From the NCBI GenBank assembly GCA_021778035.1, contig JAJYCY010000007.1, forward strand, positions 1 to 60,525: DNA of 60,525 bases, given 5' to 3'. Of this stretch, positions 50,393 through 60,525 are shown piece by piece (position 1 is the stretch's first letter; each line of letters starts with the position of its first letter). Source of the DNA: Pseudomonadota bacterium (GTDB lineage Bacteria > Pseudomonadota > Gammaproteobacteria > Acidiferrobacterales > UBA6901). The notes beneath the pieces are model-generated. The model searched no databases. It saw only the letters and a list, made by a program, of their open reading frames with translations, and was not told the origin of the DNA. A program made the position numbers and the translations under genes.

Positions 50393-52344
50393 GAAGTTGC
50401 TCCAGGCATCATTGGCGACGGGAGTTTACCGGAAAATGCCGCTTCGGCCCGCCGGATGGTGGCGAGCAGCTGGCGGGTTGACCGGTAACCATAGGAGTCC
50501 AGGTTTTTCAGTTCCCGGCCATCCGGTGCAAACCACAGGATCGCAGGCGGTCCAAGCACACCGAATCGCTGCTTGAGCGCCTGTGTCGCGGCGTCGGTGC
50601 TGCTGACATCGGCCTGCAGGGTGATAAACGGCTGCAGGGCGGCACGTACCTGCGGGTTGGCAAAGGTGCTGCGTTTGAGCAAGGTGCAGTCGACGCACCA
50701 TGTGGCATAGAAATCGATCATGACCGGGCGACCCTCCGCACGTGCCTTGGCCATGGCCGCCTCGATGTCCGCCAGCTGTGTAAACTTCCGGAACAGCGGT
50801 GCCGGAGTCTTTTGTGCGGTGCCTGGCAGCGTTGCGAATCCGCCAACGCCACCCGCCGGCAGGGGGTCGAGGATGTCGCGCCGCCCGTCGAATCCGCCCA
50901 GCAGGGCAACGATACCCCAGATGAGCATCACCGTGCCGATGCCTTTCCACAGGTAGTGCCAGCCGCCCGCCCCCTTGGGCAGGGACTGTGTGGCGCCGAG
51001 ATAGACTCCGGTCACGATAAGCAGTGCTGCCCAAAGCAGCAATACCGGCACCTGCGGCAACGCTCCCAGGACATAGATCGCGATGCCCAGAAGTAACACC
51101 CCGAAGACGTGTTTTACCCGGTCCATCCAGGGCCCGGCCTTCGGCAGCAGCGCGCCGGCGCCGACCCCGATGGCGATCAGCACCGCGCCGGTTCCCATCG
51201 CAATGGAAAACATGATGGCGGCACCCAGCACCGGATTGTGGCTGGTGATCGCAATGCCGAGCGCTGAAACCAGCAACGGCGAGACGCAGGCACCGACGAT
51301 CAGTGCCGATACCAGCCCGAGCGCAAAGGTCCCGAAAAATGCACCGCCCGTGACGCTGCCGCTTTTGCGGTGAATTTCCTGGCCATGACGATGCAGTTGT
51401 GTCTGGATGAAAGCCGGAATCTGCATGTCATAGAATCCGAACATCGAGAGCGCCATGAACACGAATATGGCGCTGAACACGCCGATGGCCACTGGATTCT
51501 GGAAATATGCCTGCAGTTCGGTACCTGTGGCCCCGGCCAGCGCGCCGGCAACAGTATAGGTCGCCGCAGTGCCGAGCACGTAGGACAGCGACAGCCCGGC
51601 CGCGCGCAGCTTGGTGGTGTTACGGTCACCCTGACCGACAATGATGCTTGAAAGAATCGGAATCATCGGCAGCACACAGGGGGTGAAGGCCAGAAGTATT
51701 CCTGTCCCGAATGCTGCCAGCATCGCGATAACATAGGTCCTGAGGTCTGTACCGTGTGATGGACCCGGTGCGGCCGGTCCGCCTGCAGATGCGGCGGTGT
51801 GCGTGCCTCCACCGCTGAAACTGACGTCAACGACCCGGGAGACCGGCGGGTAGCAGATGCCTTTTTCGGCGCAGCCCTGGTATCGGGCCTGGAGCTTCAC
51901 GGCGGTGAGTCCCCGGGTATTGCCCGCCAGCGGCAGCGTGATGGTGACGGGTGTCCGGTAGATCTCGGTGCGCCCGATGAACTGGTCGACTTCGACAAAC
52001 CCGTGCGGCAGGACGAAGGGCGCCAGCTGGATACCCTGGCCGGGCAGCAGCTTGAAATGAACCTTGCTGCGGTACAGATAGTAACCCGGTGCCATGATCA
52101 GGCGCGCGGAAAGCGCATGGGCATTCAGCTGCGTGACCTGCAGACGGAACGCCTGGTCTGGCTGCAGAAATCCGCCATTGCCCAGATCCGCTGTTGCCGC
52201 GGTGCCAGCGCCCGGAGAATCCGACACCAGGGCCACAGGGGTCTGCAGCGACTGCCGGGTGCCGGACAGCAGGCCGGCATGGGCAGCCGGAAAAGCAGCC
52301 AAGGCGGTGCCCGCCAGCACTAGGGAATAAAACAGACGTTTCAT
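50389..52344 (-). CDS. dsbD: Thiol:disulfide interchange protein DsbD
   Basis: The signal peptide is MKRLFYSLVLAGTALAAFPAAHA. An N-terminal periplasmic domain (YQGCAEKGICYPP), a central multi-TM DsbD core (FTPCVLPMIP) and a C-terminal thioredoxin domain (DFYATWCVDC) follow. Its start overlaps the cutA stop. Confidence 0.9.
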   Translation of the reverse strand: MKRLFYSLVLAGTALAAFPAAHAGLLSGTRQSLQTPVALVSDSPGAGTAATADLGNGGFLQPDQAFRLQVTQLNAHALSARLIMAPGYYLYRSKVHFKLLPGQGIQLAPFVLPHGFVEVDQFIGRTEIYRTPVTITLPLAGNTRGLTAVKLQARYQGCAEKGICYPPVSRVVDVSFSGGGTHTAASAGGPAAPGPSHGTDLRTYVIAMLAAFGTGILLAFTPCVLPMIPILSSIIVGQGDRNTTKLRAAGLSLSYVLGTAATYTVAGALAGATGTELQAYFQNPVAIGVFSAIFVFMALSMFGFYDMQIPAFIQTQLHRHGQEIHRKSGSVTGGAFFGTFALGLVSALIVGACVSPLLVSALGIAITSHNPVLGAAIMFSIAMGTGAVLIAIGVGAGALLPKAGPWMDRVKHVFGVLLLGIAIYVLGALPQVPVLLLWAALLIVTGVYLGATQSLPKGAGGWHYLWKGIGTVMLIWGIVALLGGFDGRRDILDPLPAGGVGGFATLPGTAQKTPAPLFRKFTQLADIEAAMAKARAEGRPVMIDFYATWCVDCTLLKRSTFANPQVRAALQPFITLQADVSSTDAATQALKQRFGVLGPPAILWFAPDGRELKNLDSYGYRSTRQLLATIRRAEAAFSGKLPSPMMPGATS

Positions 52345-52670
52345 GGGGTGAGTTCCGGGTTCTGGAGCCATGCCAGGTAGGCAGGGAGGCCGTCCGCGAT
52401 TGGGACCGCGATTATTTCGGGAAGTTCGTAAGGATGCAGGCTCAGGATCCGCTCCTGGATGTCGTGATAGCGCGACGCCGAACATTTGATGACCACCAGG
52501 TGCTCCTGGGCGGTCTCCATCCGGCCTTTCCAGTGATATATGGACTGCATGGATGGCAGGATGTTGATACAGCTGGCCAGCCCGTCCCGGACCAGTGCTT
52601 CGGCGAGCCGCTGCGCCGCCGCGGAATCGGGCAGGGTGGTAAGTACGAGCTGGCAGATATTGTGAGTCAT
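52341..52670 (-). CDS. cutA: Divalent-cation tolerance protein CutA
   Basis: The 109-aa ORF shows CutA-like sequence (LASCINILPSMQSIYHWKG..., YELPEIIAVPI). The cutA-dsbD arrangement is as in E. coli. Confidence 0.85.
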   Translation of the reverse strand: MTHNICQLVLTTLPDSAAAQRLAEALVRDGLASCINILPSMQSIYHWKGRMETAQEHLVVIKCSASRYHDIQERILSLHPYELPEIIAVPIADGLPAYLAWLQNPELTP

Positions 52671-52771
52671 AGTGGAACTCCGGCTGGCAACCGACCGTCA
52701 GAAGTTATTGTCCGGCGTGTGTGTCTGTGGGCCGCTTCCGGACTCTTCCTTGTGCCAAATCAGTGTGGTTA

Positions 52772-52808
52772 GGGTGACATAACTCTGGGTCATGTCGCCC
52801 TTTTTTTT
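52772..52808 (+). terminator. Orphan intrinsic-terminator-like hairpin plus T8 on the plus strand
   Basis: GGGTGACAT-(11 nt)-ATGTCGCCC forms a 9-bp stem with one G-U pair, followed immediately by TTTTTTTT. No plus-strand gene ends upstream of it; cutA is on the other strand. Confidence 0.45.
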
Positions 52809-53337
52809 CGCGCAGAGCTTTCCAGCGGGGACCGTTCGTTCGCGACACAGGGGGCTGATTGTCATGGATTCTCTAGGAAATTCAGAAAGATATCATAATT
52901 CCTGCCTGCCGGCGCCCAGACCTCTGCCGGACTGTGCAGCGCCGCTTGTCGGCACCGGGCCATGCCCGGGTGGGCGTCTTTGCCGGTGACGGCTTGGTAG
53001 GGACGGTCGCCCGCGAGCAGATATTCCGCAGGAATGAGACCTTGGCCGGCAGCGGCTGGACCGCCCGACCGACTCTCTTTGGCGGACTGCGGGGACATGG
53101 TCTGAAAGCCGTGTCACTGCTTCAAGTGTGTCGGACACTGCGGATTGCCGTTAACCCGCCGTCCTGGTGCCTGAACCATCACGCCGCATACCGGATTGCA
53201 GGATGCAGGGAACGGGTTGCGAACTCTTCGCCGCAAACTTTGAACCCCTCCCGCAGGGGATTGTCTGAGACCAATTCTAAGGTGGCGGACGGGGGAGAGT
53301 CTGCCAACTCTATTGGCGTGCGACCGCTTCGGCGGGC

Positions 53338-53365
53338 TTGACATCGAGATGATAAGCCCTATCAT
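53338..53365 (+). promoter_or_regulatory. Sigma70-type promoter of groES-groEL
   Basis: TTGACA (53338-53343), a 16-nt spacer, then TATCAT (53360-53365). It abuts the CIRCE element. Confidence 0.6.
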
Positions 53366-53391
53366 TGGCACTCACTTGAGGCGAGTGCTAA
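53365..53391 (+). promoter_or_regulatory. CIRCE operator (HrcA binding site)
   Basis: TTGGCACTC-N9-GAGTGCTAA has one mismatch to the consensus TTAGCACTC-N9-GAGTGCTAA. It lies ~100 nt upstream of groES. Confidence 0.85.
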
Positions 53392-53489
53392 TAACCAGTG
53401 TGCACCGCCTGCAGGTCAGATCCGTCAGTGGCCAATCAGGAGGACAGGCAATGACTGCTCAATCCGCTAAGAAAACAGGAGAAGCATCA

Positions 53490-53783
53490 GTGAAAATTCG
53501 TCCACTTCATGACCGTGTTATCGTGCGCCGTCTGGAAGAAGAGCGCAAAAGCGCGGGTGGCATTGTTATCCCGGACACGGCCAAGGAAAAGCCGATCCAG
53601 GGTGAAGTTGTTGCCGCAGGCAAGGGCAAGATTCTCGAGAACGGGCAGGTCCGTCCGCTCGACGTGAAGGTCGGCGACAAGGTGCTGTTCGGAAAATACT
53701 CCGGCACCGAGGTCAAGGTCGGCGACGAGGAACTGCTTGTGATGCGCGAGGAAGACATCATGGGTGTGGTTGAAGGCAAGTAA
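53490..53783 (+). CDS. groES: Co-chaperonin GroES
   Basis: A GTG at 53490 is preceded by AGGAGA. (V/M)[17 protein letters not shown]...[13 protein letters not shown] matches the canonical GroES N-terminus. An upstream ATG at 53451 with RBS AGGAGGA would add 13 aa. Confidence 0.85.
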   Translation: MKIRPLHDRVIVRRLEEERKSAGGIVIPDTAKEKPIQGEVVAAGKGKILENGQVRPLDVKVGDKVLFGKYSGTEVKVGDEELLVMREEDIMGVVEGK

Positions 53784-53825
53784 CATTGCATTCGCCCTGC
53801 CCGGCAAAATCTACGGAATCAGTGA

Positions 53826-55487
<1,662 letters not shown>

Positions 55488-55511
55488 CCATCCCGCTGAC
55501 CCGGGTATGCG

Positions 55512-55542
55512 AAAGGCCCCGCCCATGGCGGGGCCTTTTCGT
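55512..55542 (+). terminator. Rho-independent terminator of groESL
   Basis: AAAGGCCCCGCC-CAT-GGCGGGGCCTTT is followed by T/C-rich sequence, 25 nt after the groEL stop. Confidence 0.75.
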
Positions 55543-55591
55543 CTGGGGCGCCCGCAGGCGAAATAATTTCTCCCCGCAAAATTGGCGGCTG

Positions 55592-56233
55592 TCAGCGCTT
55601 CCTTGCGAGCATCACCCCGTCCCGCACTGACAGCATCACGTTCTCGACCCGGGGGTCGAGCTGTACATGGGTATTGAACGCCACGATGGCGTGGTCGCTC
55701 TGCTGCTGCGGATGAAGGACCGCGCCGGACCACAGCACATTGTCGGCAATCACCAGTCCTCCGGGCCGCAGCCGCGGCAGAACCGCGTCGTAGTAGGCGA
55801 TGTAGTTTTCCTTGTCAGCATCCATGAATACCAGGTCGAACTCGCGTCCGCTTTCCAGCGCGGCAAGCGTATCGAGCGCCGGACCCAGACGTATCTCTAT
55901 TTTTCCTCCATGCGGGCTGCGGTCGAAAAATGACCGGGCGATGGCTGTGGTCTGCGGGTCGACGTCGCAGGACAGGATCTTGCCGTCTGCAGGAAGCGCC
56001 TCAGCCATGCTCAGGGCCGAATAGCCGGTGAACATTCCAAGCTCCAGGATGCGACGCGCACCGGTCAGCTGCACCAGCAGGCGAAGCAGTGCGCCTTCCA
56101 CGGGTCCGGTAAGCATCTGGGATTGAGCGCAATGGGCAATCGTGTATGCTTCCAGTTCCTGGAGCAGCGCGGAGGGTGCAGTGGAATGTTCCCTGCAGTA
56201 CTGTTCAATTGGCGCTTCAACCAGCGGTATCAT
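55592..56233 (-). CDS. Class I SAM-dependent O-methyltransferase (caffeoyl-CoA OMT-like, family 3)
   Basis: ILELGMFTGYSALSMAEAL is the SAM motif I. FDLVFMDADKENY and GGLVIADNVLWSG are also present. The start is taken at the internal ATG at 56233. Confidence 0.75.
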   Translation of the reverse strand: MIPLVEAPIEQYCREHSTAPSALLQELEAYTIAHCAQSQMLTGPVEGALLRLLVQLTGARRILELGMFTGYSALSMAEALPADGKILSCDVDPQTTAIARSFFDRSPHGGKIEIRLGPALDTLAALESGREFDLVFMDADKENYIAYYDAVLPRLRPGGLVIADNVLWSGAVLHPQQQSDHAIVAFNTHVQLDPRVENVMLSVRDGVMLARKR

Positions 56234-56327
56234 GGTTCGTCTCCTGCAGGCCCGGATTCTGCCCAAGCCGGAAATCGGCGCCGGGCCGTAGTCTCTGCCG
56301 CAGCCAGTATATAAGTACGGGCCGGCG

Positions 56328-59261
56328 ATGGTCGATGTACCAGATGCCTTCGAACCGGGACTGGCCGGGTTTGACGTGCCCACCCGCTCGCGTATCCAGA
56401 CCCTGTGGGCGGACTATTGTCTTGCCGCGGGCCTGGACCGCTCCGCGGCGGAAGCGGTAGCGGCCCGCCTCCCGTCACTCCCGCGCGTCTGGGCGGCAAG
56501 CGACTTTGTCGCCCGCGTCTCAATTGCCCATCCCGCGCTCGTGGAAGACCTCGTGGCGAGCGGAGACCTTTTCCGCACCTATGCCAGCCAGGATCTCGCC
56601 GTACGTCTGGATACGCTGGTCTCGGAGACGGCGGATGAAGCTTCGCTCAAGTCGGCGCTGCGCCGCGTGCGCCGCCGGGAGATGCTGCGGATTGCCTGGC
56701 GCGATCTCGCCGGCTGGGCCGAACTCGACGAGGTGATGGCCGAGCTGTCGGCGTTCGCCGGTGCCTGTCTCGAAGCCGCGCTGTCACGCCTGTTCGCCTG
56801 GTCGGCGGTGCGCCATGGTCATCCCCTGGCGCCAGACGGAAGCGCAGCCTCCCTGGTCGTGCTCGGCATGGGCAAGCTGGGAGGGGAAGAGCTCAATTTT
56901 TCGTCTGACATCGACCTGGTTTTTGCCTACACCTCGGACGGCGGGACGTCGGGCGGAGAGTCGCTCAGCAACGGAGAATTTTTCGAGCAACTGGGGCGCA
57001 GGCTGATCGGTGTCCTTGGTGACACCACGGCGGAGGGAATCGTGTTCCGGGTGGACATGCGCCTGCGTCCTTTCGGTGCGAGCGGACCGCTCGCCATGTC
57101 ATTCGGGGCCATGGAGCAGTATTACCAGTCCCATGGTCGCGAATGGGAGCGTTACGCGCTTATCAAGGCGCGCCAGGTTGCGGGTGACCGCGCGGCCGGA
57201 TCCGCCCTGCTGAAGCGGCTGCAGCCATTTGTGTACCGGCGTTATCTCGATTACAGCACATTCGACTCGATCCGGTCGCTCAAGGGCATGATTGAAAGCG
57301 AACTGCTGCGCAAGGGAATCGAGCACAACATCAAGCTGGGCCCCGGAGGAATCAGGGAGGTCGAGTTCATCGGCCAGGCGTTCCAGCTGGTGCGCGGCGG
57401 CCGTGAGACGGCGCTGAGGGACCGTTCCATCAGGAAGATCCTGGCAGTGCTCGGACGGCGGGGCGATCTCAGTCCGCAGGCGGTGGCCGATCTCGATGCC
57501 GCCTACGTGTTTCTGCGTCGCAGCGAGAACCGCCTGCAGATGGCTGATGACCGCCAGACGCACGTGTTGCCGGAACATGCGCCAGCGCAGCTGCGTCTGG
57601 CAGCTGCCATGGGATTCGGCGGGTGGGACGATTTCCACGCGGCACTGCAGCGCCATATGCGCGCGGTGCACGGATATTTCCAGGAAATATTTGCTGCTCC
57701 CGGTGACGCAGGGGGGCAGGATGGCCAGGACATGGCGGAGGTGTGGCTTGCGGCGGCCGATGACAGTGCCGCCACGCAGCGTCTGTCCGACGGCGGCTTC
57801 CGTGACCCGGCCGCCGTGCTTGAGATTCTGCGCGGTTTTCGCGATAGCCGGCAGCTCGTGGAGCTATCGGCAGAGGGTCGTGCGCGCATGGACCGGCTGA
57901 TGCCGCAGATGCTGCACGCGGCCGGCCTCAGTGCTGACCCCGAGACGACGCTGGCACGGGTGGTGGGGCTCATCGAATCCATCGCACGCCGTCCGGCCTA
58001 TCTGTCGCTGCTGATCGAAAACCCGGCGGCACGTATGCAGCTCGTCAGTCTGTGCGCTGCCAGTGCCTGGATCGCGGGCTGGATCAGCCAGCACCCCATC
58101 CTTCTCGACGAGCTCATTGATCCGGCAAGTCTGTATGCGCTGCCCGCGCCCGCACAAATGCGTGCTGCGCTGCAGGCACGCCTGGCGGAGCGTGCCGCGG
58201 ACGACCTCGAGGGGCAGATGAATGTCCTGCGGGAATTCCATCACAGTCTGGTGCTGCGCGTGGCCGCGGCGGATATGGGGCCGGGGCTGGGAGTCGAAGT
58301 GGTAAGTGCGCGTCTTGCGGATATCGCCGAATGCGTCATCAGTGAAGCGCTGCTGCTCGCTGGCGCAAGCCTTGCCGTGCGGCACGGCCACCCGGTATGC
58401 CCCGGTGCCAACACCGTGATGCACCCGGGATTCGCGGCGATCGCGTATGGCAAGCTCGGCAGCCGCGAGCTTGGTTACGGTTCCGACCTCGATCTGGTAT
58501 TTCTTTACGAAGCCTGCGAGGACGGGGCCATGACCGACGGTGACCGGCCGCTGGCCAACGAGGTCTATTTCATGCGCCTCACCCAGCGGCTGATCCATAT
58601 GATATCCACCCGCACTTCATCCGGAATCGTGTACCCGATCGACGTGCGCCTGCGTCCGAGCGGAGGCAGCGGCCTGCTCGTAACCAATCTGGATGCCTAT
58701 CGGCACTATCAGCTTGACGAGGCGTGGACCTGGGAACACCAGGCGCTGGTGCGCGCGCGTCCCGTGGCCGGCGACGAGCAGGTCTGCCGGGCTTTCGAGG
58801 CCGTACGTCGGGATGTGCTGTGCATGAAACGCGATCCTGCCAGCCTGCGGGAGGAAATCGTGGCCATGCGTACCCGTATGCGTGAGTCCACAACAAAGGA
58901 TGCGGAAGGCCGGTTCGAACTGAAACAGGACCCGGGCGGTATGATTGATATAGAATTTATGGTGCAATACTGGGTCCTCTGGCGGGCGCACGACGTTCCC
59001 GGACTGGTTGCTTACCGGGACAACATCCGTCTGCTGGAGGCCCTGGCCAGTGCCGGTGTGGTTGCCGTGCGCGACGCAAAGGTGTTGGCCACAGCCTATG
59101 GCCGCTACCTCTCCGCCGAGCACCGCCTCAAGCTTCTGGAGCGCAAGGCCCTGGTTGCGCCCAGCGAAGTCGGGGATTTCCCGGAACAGGTTGCGCGGCT
59201 ATGGCGTGCCACGATGGAATCCGGTCCATCGTCCGGCCAGCCGCGCCCGGTGGTTGTCTAG
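56328..59261 (+). CDS. glnE: Bifunctional glutamine synthetase adenylyltransferase / adenylyl-removing enzyme
   Basis: The 977-aa protein has two nucleotidyltransferase repeats: GMGKLGGEELNFSSDIDLVF and AYGKLGSRELGYGSDLDLVFLY. Confidence 0.9.
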   Translation: MVDVPDAFEPGLAGFDVPTRSRIQTLWADYCLAAGLDRSAAEAVAARLPSLPRVWAASDFVARVSIAHPALVEDLVASGDLFRTYASQDLAVRLDTLVSETADEASLKSALRRVRRREMLRIAWRDLAGWAELDEVMAELSAFAGACLEAALSRLFAWSAVRHGHPLAPDGSAASLVVLGMGKLGGEELNFSSDIDLVFAYTSDGGTSGGESLSNGEFFEQLGRRLIGVLGDTTAEGIVFRVDMRLRPFGASGPLAMSFGAMEQYYQSHGREWERYALIKARQVAGDRAAGSALLKRLQPFVYRRYLDYSTFDSIRSLKGMIESELLRKGIEHNIKLGPGGIREVEFIGQAFQLVRGGRETALRDRSIRKILAVLGRRGDLSPQAVADLDAAYVFLRRSENRLQMADDRQTHVLPEHAPAQLRLAAAMGFGGWDDFHAALQRHMRAVHGYFQEIFAAPGDAGGQDGQDMAEVWLAAADDSAATQRLSDGGFRDPAAVLEILRGFRDSRQLVELSAEGRARMDRLMPQMLHAAGLSADPETTLARVVGLIESIARRPAYLSLLIENPAARMQLVSLCAASAWIAGWISQHPILLDELIDPASLYALPAPAQMRAALQARLAERAADDLEGQMNVLREFHHSLVLRVAAADMGPGLGVEVVSARLADIAECVISEALLLAGASLAVRHGHPVCPGANTVMHPGFAAIAYGKLGSRELGYGSDLDLVFLYEACEDGAMTDGDRPLANEVYFMRLTQRLIHMISTRTSSGIVYPIDVRLRPSGGSGLLVTNLDAYRHYQLDEAWTWEHQALVRARPVAGDEQVCRAFEAVRRDVLCMKRDPASLREEIVAMRTRMRESTTKDAEGRFELKQDPGGMIDIEFMVQYWVLWRAHDVPGLVAYRDNIRLLEALASAGVVAVRDAKVLATAYGRYLSAEHRLKLLERKALVAPSEVGDFPEQVARLWRATMESGPSSGQPRPVVV

Positions 59262-59283
59262 ATCTGGAAGGAGAAAGAATCAG

Positions 59284-60210
59284 ATGTCCATGGCTGACCG
59301 TGATGGCGTCATCTGGTATGACGGCAAACTCGTGCCCTGGCGCGAGGCGACAACCCACGTGCTGACCCATACCCTGCACTACGGCATGGGCATATTCGAG
59401 GGAATACGGGCCTACAAGACTGCGCGCGGAACCGCCGTCTTCCGTCTTGATGCGCACATAGACCGCCTGTTCCGCTCTGCCCACATCCTCGCCATGACCA
59501 TGCCCTATGACCGGTCCGCGCTCAACTCCGCGGTGCGCGCCGTGGTGCGGGAGAATCATCTCGAGTCAGCCTATATACGTCCGATGTGCTTTTACGGATC
59601 GGAGGGAATGGGGCTGCGCGCTGACAATCTGCGGGTGCATGTGATCGTCGCTGCCTGGACGTGGGGAGCCTACCTCGGAGACGAAGGACAGAAAAAGGGC
59701 ATCAAGGTCCGCACATCTTCCTATAACCGCCATCACGTGAACATCGCCATGTGCCGTGCCAAGGCCAATGGCAACTATATGAATTCCATGCTGGCGCTGC
59801 GGGAAGCAATTTCTTCAGGTGCCGACGAAGCGCTGCTCCTGGATACCGAAGGCTTTGTATCGGAAGGCAGTGGCGAAAATGTGTTCATAGTTCGGGATGG
59901 GGCGCTGTTCACGCCGGAACTGACGTCTGCCCTCGATGGCATCACGCGCGACACGATCATCAGGCTTGCCGCAGAAATAGGCGTGCCGGTGCGGGAAAAA
60001 CGCATCACGCGTGATGAAGTGTACATTGCGGATGAGGCTTTTTTCACGGGCACTGCCGCCGAGGTCACGCCTATCCGCGAACTTGATGGCCGCGCTATCG
60101 GTTCCGGAAGCCGCGGTCCGGTCACCGAGCGGCTGCAGGCGCTTTATTTCGATCAGGTGCACGGGCGACGCGCAGCCTTCCCGGAATGGCAGGCGGTCGT
60201 GGATGGCTGA
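59284..60210 (+). CDS. ilvE: Branched-chain amino acid aminotransferase
   Basis: RBS GGAAGGAGA is present upstream. IWYDGKLVPWREATTHVLTHTLHYGMGIFEGIRAY..., the active-site Lys context RAKANGNYMNS and EGSGENVF are present. Confidence 0.9.
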   Translation: MSMADRDGVIWYDGKLVPWREATTHVLTHTLHYGMGIFEGIRAYKTARGTAVFRLDAHIDRLFRSAHILAMTMPYDRSALNSAVRAVVRENHLESAYIRPMCFYGSEGMGLRADNLRVHVIVAAWTWGAYLGDEGQKKGIKVRTSSYNRHHVNIAMCRAKANGNYMNSMLALREAISSGADEALLLDTEGFVSEGSGENVFIVRDGALFTPELTSALDGITRDTIIRLAAEIGVPVREKRITRDEVYIADEAFFTGTAAEVTPIRELDGRAIGSGSRGPVTERLQALYFDQVHGRRAAFPEWQAVVDG

Positions 60211-60454
60211 GGGCAGAACGATGGCGGAAATGCATGGTGCCGGTGCCGCACGCAGGGTAACTGGCCCTAAGGAAATCCTGGCCAATGCGCAGAGCCGCTA
60301 TGAGGTCACCCGGGCTGACTTGCCCATGCATTGTCCGATGGACGGCATGAGTCTGTGGAATTCGCACCCGCGGATATATCTTCCACTCGAAGAAAGCCGC
60401 GAAGCCCGCTGCCCGTACTGTGGGGCGGTGTATGTTCTCAAGTCGGATGAATGA
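60203..60454 (+). CDS. Small zinc-finger (zf-CHCC-like) protein
   Basis: The C-terminal half reads MHCPMDG...WNSHPRIYLPLEESREARCPYCGAVYVLK (C...H...CxxC). The start is ambiguous (ATG 60203 overlapping the ilvE stop, or ATG 60221). Confidence 0.55.
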   Translation: MAEGRTMAEMHGAGAARRVTGPKEILANAQSRYEVTRADLPMHCPMDGMSLWNSHPRIYLPLEESREARCPYCGAVYVLKSDE

Positions 60455-60525
60455 CCGGCGGCGACAGTAGCGCGACTGCCGGGTTGTGGTGCCCGGCAGC
60501 CGGGAGGCAGCGGATCGCCAGGGAG

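Noticed and set aside
52851-52885. GGGGCTGATTGTCATGGATTC resembles the 5' end of tmRNA (GGGGCUGAUUCUGGAUUCGAC).
   Set aside because: Within the next ~400 nt, on either strand, I found no tRNA-like 3' end (T-arm GGTTCGAATCC-type plus ...CCACCA). I also found no plausible tag reading frame ending in an Ala-Ala stop. The similarity is short and probably coincidental.
53229-53262. CTTTGAACCCC... considered as a sigma32-type -35 element for groESL.
   Set aside because: No CCCCAT-like -10 element lies at the appropriate spacing. The downstream TTGACA/TATCAT pair plus CIRCE is a much better fit.
52862-53341. Small ORFs in the cutA-groES gap (52862-53098 minus at 78 aa, 52893-53138 minus at 81 aa, 52934-53341 plus at 135 aa).
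   Set aside because: They have no Shine-Dalgarno sequence and no recognisable family. They overlap one another in different frames, and their composition is like random GC-rich translation.

Overview
This is a GC-rich bacterial chromosomal window of about 60.5 kb, almost fully coding. It is dominated by housekeeping genes in synteny blocks familiar from Gammaproteobacteria: uvrD; modABC; tesA/ybbA/ybbP; exbBD; mdh plus malic enzyme; rpmE; rhlB/trxA/rho; nfeD-SPFH; hemF-tsaC-purE; dusB-fis-purH-(GNAT)-purD; prmA-accC-accB-aroQ; cutA-dsbD-tlpA; groES-groEL behind a CIRCE operator; glnE; ilvE. I recognised no rRNA, tRNA, CRISPR array, transposase, integrase or phage gene. The stand-out is one uninterrupted 7,332-nt ORF (8187-15518, 2,443 aa). 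It joins, in a single frame, a FixC/ETF-QO-like flavoprotein, a FixX-like Cys-cluster ferredoxin, a degenerate acyl-CoA-dehydrogenase-like module, a complete acyl-CoA dehydrogenase, and ETF-beta-like plus ETF-alpha-like domains. Tightly coupled fadI-like thiolase, fadJ-like multifunctional enzyme and acyl-CoA synthetase genes follow it. This looks like a self-contained acyl-CoA-to-quinone electron-transfer chain fused into one polypeptide within a beta-oxidation operon. As far as I know these components are separate proteins in characterised systems. Secondary observations: (1) two paralogous GGDEF-domain proteins with ruined active-site motifs but retained RxxD sites, one directly upstream of a PilZ gene; (2) a small thiol-redox cluster containing an uncharacterised exported protein; (3) an ORF-poor ~670-nt gap upstream of groES with an orphan intrinsic terminator. 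Many long ORFs in the supplied track are antisense GC artefacts and were rejected. All homology calls come from reading the translations by eye; no database search was run.
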